Source: Candidatus Oxydemutatoraceae bacterium
GTDB lineage: Bacteria > Pseudomonadota > Gammaproteobacteria > Poriferisulfidales > Oxydemutatoraceae
NCBI GenBank assembly: GCA_965218975.1
Contig: OZ244717.1
Coordinates: 1,344,001 to 1,408,000 of the forward strand
Direction of reading: 5' to 3'
Length of the DNA: 64,000 bases
How positions within the stretch are numbered: the first letter of the stretch is position 1; every line of letters starts with the position of its first letter. Below are positions 1 through 9,347 of this stretch, in pieces. Position numbers and translations under genes: made by a program. Below the pieces are notes generated by a model. The model had not been told where the DNA came from, made no database searches, and saw only the letters and a program-made list of their open reading frames with translations.

Positions 1-140
1 AAACCCGATCGGTTTTCCGGGCGCGTCTCACACTGCACCGCCTTCATGCCGGCAACGGACAGAAAGCACCGATCCGAATGTTACTGCCGAACGCTTCTCC
101 CGAAGCTCTTCCAAAATCCCATTTAGGGCGGCATCGTGCA
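1..140 (+). mobile_element. Right end of an IS481-family relic (truncated by the window edge) with a partial 98-bp repeat unit
   Basis: 63-140 matches 41926-42002 and the reverse complement of 38186-38250, ending ...GGCATCGTGCA (ACA in the other copies). 1-40 is the tail of the 98-bp repeat (CCGATCGGTTTTCCGGGCGCGTCTCAC). Confidence 0.7.
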
Positions 141-277
141 GGCGGAAAAAATTCCTTTCTATATTTTGTGCGGTTTTTCTAGGTCCTCTTCGCTAAGTGG
201 AAGAAAGGTAAGGGTATTTTCTGGTTTGCGCGTGGAGTGCGTCTGTTTAGTTTTCTTTCGAAAGGGGAGGTTAAATT

Positions 278-370
278 TGGCGGAGAGAGGGGGATTCGAA
301 CCCCCGATACGAGGAAAACTCGTATACACGCTTTCCAGGCGTGCGCCTTCAACCGCTCGGCCATCTCTCC
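278..370 (-). tRNA. tRNA-Ser (anticodon GGA)
   Basis: Reverse complement reads GGAGAGATGGCCGAGCGGTTGAAGGCGCACGCCTGGAAAGCGTG, then a long variable arm, then GGTTCGAATCCCCCTCTCTCCGCCA. It has a T-loop, an encoded CCA and a class II extra arm. Confidence 0.97.
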
Positions 371-591
371 TATTAACTGTGGTTGATGCTCTTATTTTGC
401 TGATGTATGCTTTTTCAGAGGAAAAATTTAAGTTAGTAAAATCCAATTGCTAAAACCGGATGGAAATACGTAAAGATTAAGATTATATAGGAAGATTCCA
501 TTGAATTAAGGGACTTTCTATGCTTTTCTCTGATGCAGATCTCATAAATTGTCGGTGCCGATTGCTCGTGTCGGCAAAGAAGTTCATACTG

Positions 592-927
592 TTATTTTTT
601 GGAAGGTTTATACTTTTCTTGGTAAGCGCCTGTCGGAAATTGTGCGATATTGTCACCGGTATCATGAATCTTGGGTTGCCCTAAATGCGTAACTTCTTCA
701 ATTCGGACGACTGAATGTATGGGGATAAAAAATCGGTTGACGTCTGCAAACTGATTACGTAAGCTCTCTTCCGATGGGTCAATAACAATGCTGTCTTTTT
801 TTGAAAAACATAAACCTTCGACGGCAATAAATCCCATTAAATCAGCTTGATAAACTTGGCGGGCATAAATTTCGTACAATTGATCGTGACTAACGAAAAT
901 AATCTTATAGAATTTATGTGGTTTCAT
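592..927 (-). CDS. DUF1820 family protein
   Basis: Motifs YKIIF..YEIYAR.VYQ and IVIDPSEE.LR..F..V.R.FIP.HSVVRIEEV. Overlaps the fdh alpha stop by 4 nt. Confidence 0.8.
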   Translation of the reverse strand: MKPHKFYKIIFVSHDQLYEIYARQVYQADLMGFIAVEGLCFSKKDSIVIDPSEESLRNQFADVNRFFIPIHSVVRIEEVTHLGQPKIHDTGDNIAQFPTGAYQEKYKPSKK

Positions 928-3689
928 TGCGGACGCTGTGTTGGTACTTCAAGTTTCAGTGCGCAAAATTTAAACTCAGGAATTTTTCCGTACGGGTCAA
1001 GCGCTTCGTTGGTTAGCAAATTAGCCGCAGCTTCGTGGTAGCAAAACGGCATGAAAATTTGGCCCGGGATGAGTCCGCTATCGCTACGTACATAGCATTC
1101 GATTTTACCGCGCCTCGATACTAAGCGTACGGTCTTCCCAGCTTTGAGTTTGAGTTCAGTCAGATCGTTCGGATGGATATAAACGACAGGCACGGGTTCA
1201 ATGGCATCTAGTACTGAAGCGTGTCTCGTCATTGCACCAGTGTGCCAGTGTTCAAGCTGCCGTCCGGTAATAAAAATATAAGGATATTCGGTATCGGGCA
1301 GTTCATTTGCGCGAGTGAATGCGGCAGGAACAAACTTGCCCAGACCGTTTGCCGTCGGGAAATCTTGCCGAAAGATGACCGGCTGTCCGGGGTCGGTTGT
1401 GTCAATGCAAGGGTAGGTGATTGAATCATTGTTTTGAAGTCTTTCCCAAGTGATACCGCGGATGCTGTCCATTCCTTGACGCATTTCGTCAAATACTTCA
1501 GAAATGTCTGTGTAGTTCCAGCCTAAGCCGAACCGCTTTGCCATTTCTTGGATAATCCACCAATCTTGACGGGCATTGTATGGGAGTTGTACCGCTTGAC
1601 GTCCCAGCTGTACACGTCGGTCCGTGTTGGTAAAGGTGCCTGTTTTCTCAGGAAAAGCAGAAGCAGGCAAGATAACATCGGCAAATAATGCCGTTTCGGT
1701 CATAAAAATATCTTGCACAACTAAATGCTCAAGTTTTGCCAACGCTTTCCTTGCATGTGAAAGATTAGGGTCCGACATTGCCGGATTTTCACCCACCACA
1801 TACATCCCGCGGATAGTACCGTCCGTTATAGCGTGCATAATCTCCACGACGGTGAGTCCTGGTTTGGCATCAAGTTTTGTATTCCATAGTTGCTCAAACC
1901 GCTGACGTGCTTGGCGGTTATCGACTCGTTGATAGTCGGGGAATACCATCGGGATTAAGCCGACATCCGAAGCGCCTTGAACGTTATTTTGTCCGCGCAG
2001 AGGATGCAAGCCAGTGCCGGGACGTCCGATTTGCCCGGTCATCATAGATAAGGCGATTAAGCAACGAGAGTTATCAGTGCCGTGCACATGTTGTGAGATT
2101 CCCATGCCCCAGAAAATAATTGATGCTTTGGATGATGCGTAAGTACGAGCGACTTGTTTGATGGTTGTAGAATCAATTCCACACACCAGGGACATTTTTT
2201 CGGGCGAATAATCGCGCAAATGCTCTTTCAGTTCGGTAAAACCCTCAGTGCGTTTTGCGATAAACGTTTCATCGCATAAGCCTTGTTCGATGATTGAGTG
2301 CATGATTGCATTGAGTAATGCAACATCAGTATCAGGCTTGAACTGCAGGAAGTATTTGGCATGTCGTGCCAGTTCGATGCGGCGTGGGTCTAAAACGATT
2401 AGTGTTTTGCCGACACGTGCTTCATTCTTTATAAAAGTCGCGGCAACGGGGTGGTTGGTAGTGGGATTGGCGCCGATTACAAAGATAACCTCGGCATCTT
2501 GTACATCACGCACTTGATTTGATACAGCGCCGGAACCAATCCCTTCCAGCAGAGCGGCAACCGATGATGCGTGGCATAGCCGTGTGCAATGGTCAACGTT
2601 ATTGGAACCAAAACCGGTACGTACAAGTTTCTGGAACATATAAGCTTCTTCATTGGAACCTTTTGCGGAACCGAAACCGGCAAGTCCTTTTGCGCCCTGC
2701 TCTTGTTTGATTTTTATTAAGCCGTCGGCGGCTTGATCTAAAGCTTCATCCCAGCTTGCTTGGCGAAACATTGCGGCAATGTCTTTATCGCTTAAGTTTT
2801 CAATGTTGGCCGTTTTAGGAGCGTCTTCCACTCGAATGAGTGGTTGGGTTAGACGGTTTTTATTATAAATATAATCAAAACCATAGCGTCCTTTCACACA
2901 AAGCCTACTATGATTGGATGGGCCATCTTTGCCTTGAATGTGGATGATTTTTTCGTTTTTAATATTGTAAGTCAGCAAGCAACCGACACCACAATACGGA
3001 CAAACAGAGTCAACTTGACGATCTACTGTAGATAAACCCACTTCATTACTGGGCATCAGCGCTCCGGTGGGGCAAGCTTGGACGCATTCGCCGCAACCGA
3101 CACAGCTGCTATCACCCATGGGATCGTCAATGTCGAAAACTATCAGCGACTTTGAACCGCGCAATGAGTATCCGATCACATCGTTGTTTTGTTCTTCACA
3201 GCAGGCACGTACACATCGTGTGCATTGGATGCAGGCGTCCAGATTAACCGCAATGCCGGGATGCGATAAGTCGTTCGCCGGTTGTTTTCGGCTAATGAAC
3301 CGTGGTAATCCGATTTGTAACTTCTCCGACCAAAAATCAAGTTCGTTATGTAAAGTATATTTTTTTTCCGGCATATCGGATTGCAACAATTCTAAGACAA
3401 GTTTTTGCGAATGGAGAGCTCGTTCATTACAAGTTGAAACTTTCATATTGTCACAGGGTTTTCTAACGCACGCCGGTTGTAGAACCCGTTCCCCCTCTAT
3501 TTCTACTACGCAGGCACGACAGTTCCCATCGGGGCGCATATTGTCTTTGTAACAAAGATGGGGAATATCAATGTCATGACGCTTTGCTGCTTGCAGGATT
3601 GTTTCATCGGCGAATGCAGTTATACCTGTGCCGTTCAGATTAAAAGTAACCGTTTCTATTTGATTTGAATATTGTAGATTTGTCGCCAT
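924..3689 (-). CDS. fdhF: NAD-dependent formate dehydrogenase alpha subunit (Mo/W-bisPGD, Cys ligand)
   Basis: N-terminal 2Fe-2S (IPHLCY..GNCRACVVE), two 4Fe-4S motifs (CIQCTRC, CVGCGECVQACP), CPYCGVGC, active site DHCTRLCHAS, PLRGQNNVQG and C-terminal IPEFKFCA. Confidence 0.95.
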   Translation of the reverse strand: MATNLQYSNQIETVTFNLNGTGITAFADETILQAAKRHDIDIPHLCYKDNMRPDGNCRACVVEIEGERVLQPACVRKPCDNMKVSTCNERALHSQKLVLELLQSDMPEKKYTLHNELDFWSEKLQIGLPRFISRKQPANDLSHPGIAVNLDACIQCTRCVRACCEEQNNDVIGYSLRGSKSLIVFDIDDPMGDSSCVGCGECVQACPTGALMPSNEVGLSTVDRQVDSVCPYCGVGCLLTYNIKNEKIIHIQGKDGPSNHSRLCVKGRYGFDYIYNKNRLTQPLIRVEDAPKTANIENLSDKDIAAMFRQASWDEALDQAADGLIKIKQEQGAKGLAGFGSAKGSNEEAYMFQKLVRTGFGSNNVDHCTRLCHASSVAALLEGIGSGAVSNQVRDVQDAEVIFVIGANPTTNHPVAATFIKNEARVGKTLIVLDPRRIELARHAKYFLQFKPDTDVALLNAIMHSIIEQGLCDETFIAKRTEGFTELKEHLRDYSPEKMSLVCGIDSTTIKQVARTYASSKASIIFWGMGISQHVHGTDNSRCLIALSMMTGQIGRPGTGLHPLRGQNNVQGASDVGLIPMVFPDYQRVDNRQARQRFEQLWNTKLDAKPGLTVVEIMHAITDGTIRGMYVVGENPAMSDPNLSHARKALAKLEHLVVQDIFMTETALFADVILPASAFPEKTGTFTNTDRRVQLGRQAVQLPYNARQDWWIIQEMAKRFGLGWNYTDISEVFDEMRQGMDSIRGITWERLQNNDSITYPCIDTTDPGQPVIFRQDFPTANGLGKFVPAAFTRANELPDTEYPYIFITGRQLEHWHTGAMTRHASVLDAIEPVPVVYIHPNDLTELKLKAGKTVRLVSRRGKIECYVRSDSGLIPGQIFMPFCYHEAAANLLTNEALDPYGKIPEFKFCALKLEVPTQRPQ

Positions 3690-3691
3690 CG

Positions 3692-5389
3692 TTATTTTTG
3701 AATGTTAATTTCGCTCGGGAAATATTTTAAAACGCATTGCAATGGGTTCGAAGCTGCTTGTCCGAGACCGCAAATCGAAGCATCATTCATTACTTGGGAT
3801 AACTCATGCATCAAACCAGCGTTCCACTCAGGTTGTTCCATCATCTGCACTGCTTTGGAAGTCCCAACTCGGCACGGTGTGCATTTGCCGCAAGATTCAT
3901 GAGAGAAAAAGCGCATCGCGTTGAGTGCCGCTGCCGATGCTTTGTCTTGATCCGATAAGATAATGATGGCGGCGGAACCGATAAAACAACCATAATCATT
4001 TAAAGTATCAAAATCCAAAGGAATATTGTCCATGCTTGCCGGCAATATACCGCCGGACGCTCCGCCGGGAAAATAGCCGTGCAGTTTATGTCCTGATAGC
4101 ATTCCGCCACAATATTCATCAATGAGCTCGCGTACGGTGATCCCTGCGGGCGCCAGATGTACACCGGGTTGCCGTACTCTGCCGCTTACCGAAAAGGAGC
4201 GCAGTCCGATGCGTCCGTTTCTGCCTTCGGAAGTAAACCGTGCCGCACCTTTTTCAAGAATATCACGTATCCAAAACAAAGTTTCCATATTATGTTCCAA
4301 TGTCGGACGCCCGAACAGACCAACTTGCGCGACGAATGGCGGGCGCAGTCTAGGCATTCCGCGTTTGCCCTCAATCGACTCGATCATGGCTGATTCTTCA
4401 CCGCAAATATAAGCGCCGGCGCCTCGTCGCAATTCGATATACGGTAAAGACATGTTCGCCGGCGGGTCTTTCTGTAATGTTAAAATCTCCTGCGCAAGCA
4501 CTCCGCGCAGTCCGGCGTATTCATCACGTAAGTAGATATAAATTTTTTCAGTTCCGACAACTTGTGCGGCAATGAGCATACCTTCGAAAAAGCGATGAGG
4601 GTCACGCTCAAGATAAAATCGATCTTTGAAAGTCCCGGGTTCTCCCTCATCAATATTTACTGCCATGTAACGCGGCGCGTTTTGTTGACTGACGATTTGC
4701 CATTTTTTACCGACGGGGAATCCTGCGCCACCTAGACCACGAAGTTTTGAATCTTCCAATTCTTTAATAATGCTTTCATTGCTACGGGTTTCTTTTATGA
4801 TCTTTTTTAGGAGTTGATACCCGCCATTGCTTTGATAATCCGAATATCCCATGTAATCCGGTTCCGGTGCTGCGCATTGTTTGGATTTGATTGCTTGCAG
4901 GACGCCGGCAGTATTAGCCTTCGCAATTGGATTCAACCCAACTACAGCGACGGGTGCGGTTTCACAACGACCGACACAAGGTACTCGTTGAATGCGCACT
5001 TTCCCATTACCGCATGCGTTTTGTAATGATGCAATCAAACCTTCGGCGCCAAACATTTCACAAGTGATCGAGTCGCATACTCGCACGGTTAATGGCGCTG
5101 GCGGTTTTTCATTTTCTTTGACAATATCGAAATGATGATAGAAGCTTGCAACTTCATAGACTTCTGCCGTTGAGAGTTTCATTTCATACGCGAGCGCGGT
5201 TAGATGCCGCGCCGAGATATATCCGTAACGATCTTGAATTAAGTGCAAGTGCTCAATGAGTAAATCTCGGCGTTTTTCGACATTGTTTAGCAGTTCTCTG
5301 ATTTCTTGTACAGCAACAAGATCAATGTTACGTCCTTTGGGCTGACCTCGTTTTTTCTTGCGATGGCCGATTTTAGGTGCGTGAGACAT
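3692..5389 (-). CDS. Formate dehydrogenase beta (diaphorase) subunit, NuoE-NuoF-like fusion
   Basis: N-terminal NuoE-like 2Fe-2S part (VASFYHHF, CDSITC, CVGRC), FMN/NADH motifs LRGLGGAGFP, DEGEPGTFKD and GAGAYICGEESA, and 4Fe-4S motif ESCGKCTPCR. Confidence 0.93.
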   Translation of the reverse strand: MSHAPKIGHRKKKRGQPKGRNIDLVAVQEIRELLNNVEKRRDLLIEHLHLIQDRYGYISARHLTALAYEMKLSTAEVYEVASFYHHFDIVKENEKPPAPLTVRVCDSITCEMFGAEGLIASLQNACGNGKVRIQRVPCVGRCETAPVAVVGLNPIAKANTAGVLQAIKSKQCAAPEPDYMGYSDYQSNGGYQLLKKIIKETRSNESIIKELEDSKLRGLGGAGFPVGKKWQIVSQQNAPRYMAVNIDEGEPGTFKDRFYLERDPHRFFEGMLIAAQVVGTEKIYIYLRDEYAGLRGVLAQEILTLQKDPPANMSLPYIELRRGAGAYICGEESAMIESIEGKRGMPRLRPPFVAQVGLFGRPTLEHNMETLFWIRDILEKGAARFTSEGRNGRIGLRSFSVSGRVRQPGVHLAPAGITVRELIDEYCGGMLSGHKLHGYFPGGASGGILPASMDNIPLDFDTLNDYGCFIGSAAIIILSDQDKASAAALNAMRFFSHESCGKCTPCRVGTSKAVQMMEQPEWNAGLMHELSQVMNDASICGLGQAASNPLQCVLKYFPSEINIQK

Positions 5390-5480
5390 TAAATTACAAT
5401 CATATCAACATAGCAACTTGGCATTATAATAGTATGCGACAACAATTCCAAAATTGCTACACCACAGTAGGAGGGCCCCG

Positions 5481-5867
5481 ATGGGATGGCGTGATAAAAA
5501 ATTAGAAGAAGTTTATTCCGAAGAAGAAATTAATCAACGCTTGCAAGAAGAGTTACCGCAATGGTACTACGAGAGCGGTTGGATACGGAGGAAATATAAA
5601 ACACATAGCTGGAAAGGCACTTTGATGGTAGTAAATGCGGTTGGACATTTAGCAGAAGCGGCATTCCATCATCCTGATTTAACTGTTTCTTACGCTTTTG
5701 TAATTGTAAAATTGATGAACCATGCGGCAAAAGGCGTGACCGATAAGGATTTTGAGCTGGCAAAAAAGATTGAGGAGTTTATTCAGTGGCAGCCGGCAAA
5801 GAGTAGCGGGGCATTGGAAGGAACGCCGTCCGATCAGCGTTTTGCCTATATTAAGTATGACGGTTAA
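5481..5867 (+). CDS. Pterin-4-alpha-carbinolamine dehydratase family protein
   Basis: AEAAFHHPDL and H...GVTDKDFELAKKIE motifs. AGGAGG precedes the ATG at 5481, so this start is preferred over TTG 5454. Confidence 0.88.
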   Translation: MGWRDKKLEEVYSEEEINQRLQEELPQWYYESGWIRRKYKTHSWKGTLMVVNAVGHLAEAAFHHPDLTVSYAFVIVKLMNHAAKGVTDKDFELAKKIEEFIQWQPAKSSGALEGTPSDQRFAYIKYDG

Positions 5868-5872
5868 TTACT

Positions 5873-6550
5873 ATGATTCATCCACTGTTGCGTCGATTTC
5901 CGAACAAGCTAAAGGTCGGTTTAGTCAATCAACATTTTTTAATTGATCAATATTTTAAGAGGGTCGTTTCCGTTTTATTCGTGCACATCCCTAAAACTGG
6001 GGGAACTAGTCTTGTGGTGGCATTCCGGATATCTCTTTTTCACTTTAAGCTTGCACATTTGACAGCCGACGAGCAACGTCGGATGGTAGGTGAAAAATAT
6101 TGGGACAAAAAATTTTCCTTTGCAATAGTACGTAATCCCTGGGATCGATTAGTTTCTTACTACCATTTTGAAAGGATGCATAGTTTTTCAAGAGATTTAC
6201 AAATTATTCCGTTCAAAGCATTTGTGAAAATAGCTTTACAGGACCAAGATTTTGAATTCTTCGGAGGAAGAGCGAAAAAATTTAGGAAATACCTTTCCAG
6301 TCAATTGAATTGGATAGCTGATGCTGACGGCAGAGTCATTATTTCATATTGCGGCCGTTTCGAGCGACTTCAGGAAGAGGTGTTACTGCTTGCCCACCGA
6401 TTTGGCAAATCGGATGTGCGTTTACCCCATACATTTTTATCAAAACGTCGGCGAGATTATCGTATCTATTATGACGATATAACTGCAGAAATTGCCGCAA
6501 AATACTATGCTAAGGATATTGAGTACTTCGATTACCGCTTTGATTTGTGA
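5873..6550 (+). CDS. Sulfotransferase family 2 protein
   Basis: 5'-PSB motif FVHIPKTGGTS, 3'-PB motif VRNPWDRLVSYY and C-terminal Y..DI..FDY.F. Confidence 0.85.
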   Translation: MIHPLLRRFPNKLKVGLVNQHFLIDQYFKRVVSVLFVHIPKTGGTSLVVAFRISLFHFKLAHLTADEQRRMVGEKYWDKKFSFAIVRNPWDRLVSYYHFERMHSFSRDLQIIPFKAFVKIALQDQDFEFFGGRAKKFRKYLSSQLNWIADADGRVIISYCGRFERLQEEVLLLAHRFGKSDVRLPHTFLSKRRRDYRIYYDDITAEIAAKYYAKDIEYFDYRFDL

Positions 6551-6552
6551 AC

Positions 6553-6585
6553 TGTACGTGTTCAGTATGTATCCGGCCACGTACA
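6553..6585. mobile_element. 33-bp miniature IS481-end relic (TGTACGTG...CACGTACA)
   Basis: Perfect 8-bp terminal inverted repeat. The reverse complement TGTACGTGGCCGGATACATACTG matches the IS end at 51483 (TGTACGTGCACGGATACATACTG). Confidence 0.6.
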
Positions 6586-6590
6586 AAAAC

Positions 6591-6620
6591 TTGTATTTTG
6601 GTTGAGTTTTGGTGTATAAT
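6591..6620 (+). promoter_or_regulatory. Candidate sigma70 promoter of the T3SS translocon operon
   Basis: TTGTAT (6591-6596), 18-bp spacer, TATAAT (6615-6620), located 75 nt upstream of the first ORF. Confidence 0.5.
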
Positions 6621-6695
6621 AGAATAAAATACCCCTTAAAAAAGATAAGAGATAAAAAGAAGATAAGAGATAAATAAAGTAAATGGAGCAAAGAG

Positions 6696-7001
6696 ATGAC
6701 TGATGGCGATAGAGAAGCACGATTAGACAGAATGGTGGCTGAAACAGATGACCTTATCTATCAGGCAAATGACGTTGCCGCAAGTCTGCAGGCAACTTTG
6801 GAGAGTCTTGGTTGTAAGGATACAGCGACTTTGCAAAAATTATTGCAGAGCAGTGAGTGCCCGTCGGATTTGCGTAAGCAAGCAAATGATGATTTTGATA
6901 AGTTGCATGAAGAATTGCTTGAAGAAGAAAATCGGCTTCCATCATCGGACAGTCAATCAAGCGGAGGTAAACACCCCAGAAGCGGAATGACCAAAATATG
7001 A
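6696..7001 (+). CDS. Small acidic helical protein, possible chaperone of the downstream filament protein
   Basis: 101-aa ORF with GGAG SD, first in the operon, coiled-coil-like. The function is inferred from position only. Confidence 0.55.
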   Translation: MTDGDREARLDRMVAETDDLIYQANDVAASLQATLESLGCKDTATLQKLLQSSECPSDLRKQANDDFDKLHEELLEEENRLPSSDSQSSGGKHPRSGMTKI

Positions 7002-7064
7002 TTTCGTGGTAATTTCTGTTTCACTCACGATGAACAATTACCCATCTAAACAGGAGATACATAT

Positions 7065-7598
7065 ATGACCGGTAACGTAACCAATCCAGCTTTAACGCAA
7101 ACCATCAAATCGACCGGCACCGGCGGAGTGACGTTCGGCGGCGTTCCTATGTCGCTGGACGATGCGATGACATTATTGTTTATGCAACGAGCTCAAACTA
7201 TGAGTGATTTAGCGACGGACCGTGCGCAAACGGCGCAGGAAAAATTGAAAGAGATTCAACAAGCGCGAAATTATTTGTCGCAAATGAGGGAACTGAAAGG
7301 ACAATCTGGTGATCACCATAGTTCAAAGATGCCGCAGGATATGAAGGACTATTGCAAGGCTCACGATATCGAATGGGATCATACAAACGACGACGATAAC
7401 CATAACAAAGGCCAATGGGATATCAACATACAATATATGCAGGACTTCGTGGACAAACTGTCCAGCGATAATGATTTGTTTATGATCAAACTCAAAAGCG
7501 TTATTAATAAGTCGCAGGAAGCGCTGCAGGCGGCGGACAGCATGAATACGAAGTCTAAGGAAGTGATGAGCAGTATCATAGCCAATTTCGCTCGTTAA
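7065..7598 (+). CDS. Bsp22-like T3SS needle-tip/filament protein (SctA; EspA/SseB-like role)
   Basis: The N helix (MSLDDAMTLLFMQRAQ..AQEKLKEIQQAR.YLS) and C helix (DKLSSDNDLFMIKLKSVINKSQEA...SSIIANF) resemble Bordetella Bsp22 from memory. It lies just before a SycD chaperone and has an AGGAG SD. Confidence 0.72.
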   Translation: MTGNVTNPALTQTIKSTGTGGVTFGGVPMSLDDAMTLLFMQRAQTMSDLATDRAQTAQEKLKEIQQARNYLSQMRELKGQSGDHHSSKMPQDMKDYCKAHDIEWDHTNDDDNHNKGQWDINIQYMQDFVDKLSSDNDLFMIKLKSVINKSQEALQAADSMNTKSKEVMSSIIANFAR

Positions 7599-7631
7599 TA
7601 GACGGAATCTTTTATTGAGAAAGAGTGGCGG

Positions 7632-8114
7632 ATGGATGCTAAAAATGTAGCGGCGGTTTTTACCGAGGGAGCTAGCGTTCTGCAGGGGTATCGAACTCTG
7701 AAAGGGACGCGAGGCATCTCCGAAAAAGCGATTGACAGCATTTATGGTGTCACTCATGAACTATACAACAGTGGTAAATATGCGCAAGCGCTGAAAGGCT
7801 TTGAGTTGCTATGCCTGTATGATCACGAAAATCCCAAATATTGGATGGGATTGGGTTATTGCCGTCAGGTTTTGGAAGACTATTTCGGAGCGGTAAGCGC
7901 TCTTAGTTACTCCACTTTGTATTTGGATGAGCACGATTGGGATTTATATTTTAATCTTGCCCGTTGTTTGACCATATGCGGGCAAAAAGACTCAGCAGAA
8001 GAGTATATAGACGCTATCTTAGCATCGGATGCGGAATCCGGTTTGAAGGATAAAACGCGATCTCTACAAGCTCAACTTACTCATACAACCGAGAGAACAA
8101 CAGATGGCAAATGA
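7632..8114 (+). CDS. T3SS class II translocator chaperone (SycD/LcrH family, TPR)
   Basis: IY...HELYNSGKY.QA...F.LLCLYDH.NPKYWMGLG.CRQ. Confidence 0.9.
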   Translation: MDAKNVAAVFTEGASVLQGYRTLKGTRGISEKAIDSIYGVTHELYNSGKYAQALKGFELLCLYDHENPKYWMGLGYCRQVLEDYFGAVSALSYSTLYLDEHDWDLYFNLARCLTICGQKDSAEEYIDAILASDAESGLKDKTRSLQAQLTHTTERTTDGK

Positions 8115-9342
8115 AGATATCAGTGTAAGACACCAACCCTCTCCGACACCGACAGCTACGACTGGGGAAGTAATTCAAGTTACCGACAAACAAACCTCCT
8201 CGCAGCCTCCGGTAGAAGCTCCTATAACTTCTTCCGCGGCTGACAGCGGTCTAGCCGCTCCGGGCGGTCCAACTTTAGCGTCGCCGACGCGGATGAATCC
8301 TGCCGATTTAATGACCTTGCTATATGCCTTGCGCAAGAAAACAAGCGAATCGCGTATTAAAAATGCCGAAGAAGGTATCAAAAATCGTGCGCTTGACAAG
8401 CAAATGAAAAATGAAGATACCTTGGAGAAATTAAAAAAGATTGCGCATCATCATCAGAACAAGACCGGAGGCATTCTCGCCAAAGTTTTTGCCTGGGTCG
8501 GAGTTGCGTTAGCGTTTGTTGTCGCCGCGGTCGTGGGGGTTGTTTCCGGTGGCGCCGCTGCCGCGCCGTTGTTTGCGTTGGCGCTTGTGTCAACAGCGGT
8601 ATTGATAGCGGAAGAAAGCGGCGGAATGGAGAAAATGGAAGATGCGATGGGTATGGATGATAAACAAAAGATGGCTTTTTCAATTTCGTTAACGGTGGCT
8701 TTGCTCGTTTTGAATATCGGAGCAACGGTTGCTACCGGCGGTGTTTCGGGAATTACTTCGGTTGTCAGTAGCATAGGCAAATTGATGACCGATGCCGGAG
8801 AAGCAGCTGCCGAAGGGGCAGCGGCTGCTGCCGAAGGGGCGGCGGCGGCTTCCGAGACTGCGGCAGCGGCTTCTGAAGGGGCAGCGGCAGTTTCCGAAGG
8901 GGCGGCAGCAGCTGCCGAAGGAGCGACCGAGGTCAGTCAGAGCGTTGCGGAAACCTCTATTGAGGGTTCGACGCAATTGACGGAGGAAACAACGTCTGCG
9001 ACGGAAAGCGCGGATGAGGTTGCGGCCAGTGCAGGCAAATCGGCAAAAGTTCTTAAAGCTGCAAATAGACTCCGGGCGGCTGCTCAGATCACTTCAGGCG
9101 CTACGTCAATTGCCGGTGGCGGAATTGGGATCGATACGGCAAAGAAGGAATACGAGACCACGACTGCACGTGCGGATATGATGCGCAATAAAGCCGAATT
9201 GGCGAAACTGGCAGCGATGGATGAAGAAGATATGCGCCGGATCAAGAAACTGATTCAACAGTTGCAAGATGCTTCCGGCATGGTAATCGATACCTTGTCT
9301 TCTGCGGACGAAGCGGCGACGAAAATTCGTACTTCAATCTAG
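8104..9342 (+). CDS. sctE: T3SS major hydrophobic translocator SctE (YopB/BopB/SseC family)
   Basis: Chaperone-binding P.L..P motif (GGPTLASP), coiled coil, double hydrophobic segment after KVFAWVG, and C-terminal A..A.L..M.EED...IKKLI. It is flanked by two SycD chaperones. Confidence 0.85.
   Translation: MANEDISVRHQPSPTPTATTGEVIQVTDKQTSSQPPVEAPITSSAADSGLAAPGGPTLASPTRMNPADLMTLLYALRKKTSESRIKNAEEGIKNRALDKQMKNEDTLEKLKKIAHHHQNKTGGILAKVFAWVGVALAFVVAAVVGVVSGGAAAAPLFALALVSTAVLIAEESGGMEKMEDAMGMDDKQKMAFSISLTVALLVLNIGATVATGGVSGITSVVSSIGKLMTDAGEAAAEGAAAAAEGAAAASETAAAASEGAAAVSEGAAAAAEGATEVSQSVAETSIEGSTQLTEETTSATESADEVAASAGKSAKVLKAANRLRAAAQITSGATSIAGGGIGIDTAKKEYETTTARADMMRNKAELAKLAAMDEEDMRRIKKLIQQLQDASGMVIDTLSSADEAATKIRTSI
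8800..8925 (+). repeat. Six degenerate 21-bp tandem units coding (A/S)EGAAAA in sctE
   Basis: GCWGCCGAAGGGGCRGCG-like units. The protein reads AAEGAAA AAEGAAA ASETAAA ASEGAAA VSEGAAA AAEGATE. Confidence 0.8.
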
Positions 9343-9347
9343 TTGCA

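Noticed and set aside
278-370. tRNA-Ser as the attachment site of an island covering the T3SS region
   Set aside because: No integrase and no duplicated tRNA 3' end were seen. The tRNA 3' side faces out of the window.
136-665. Short ORFs at 136-453, 159-446, 179-364 and 483-665
   Set aside because: They overlap the tRNA-Ser or the DUF1820 gene and have no protein-like motifs.
924-3689. Selenocysteine recoding in formate dehydrogenase
   Set aside because: The active site is encoded as Cys (RLCH) with no in-frame TGA.
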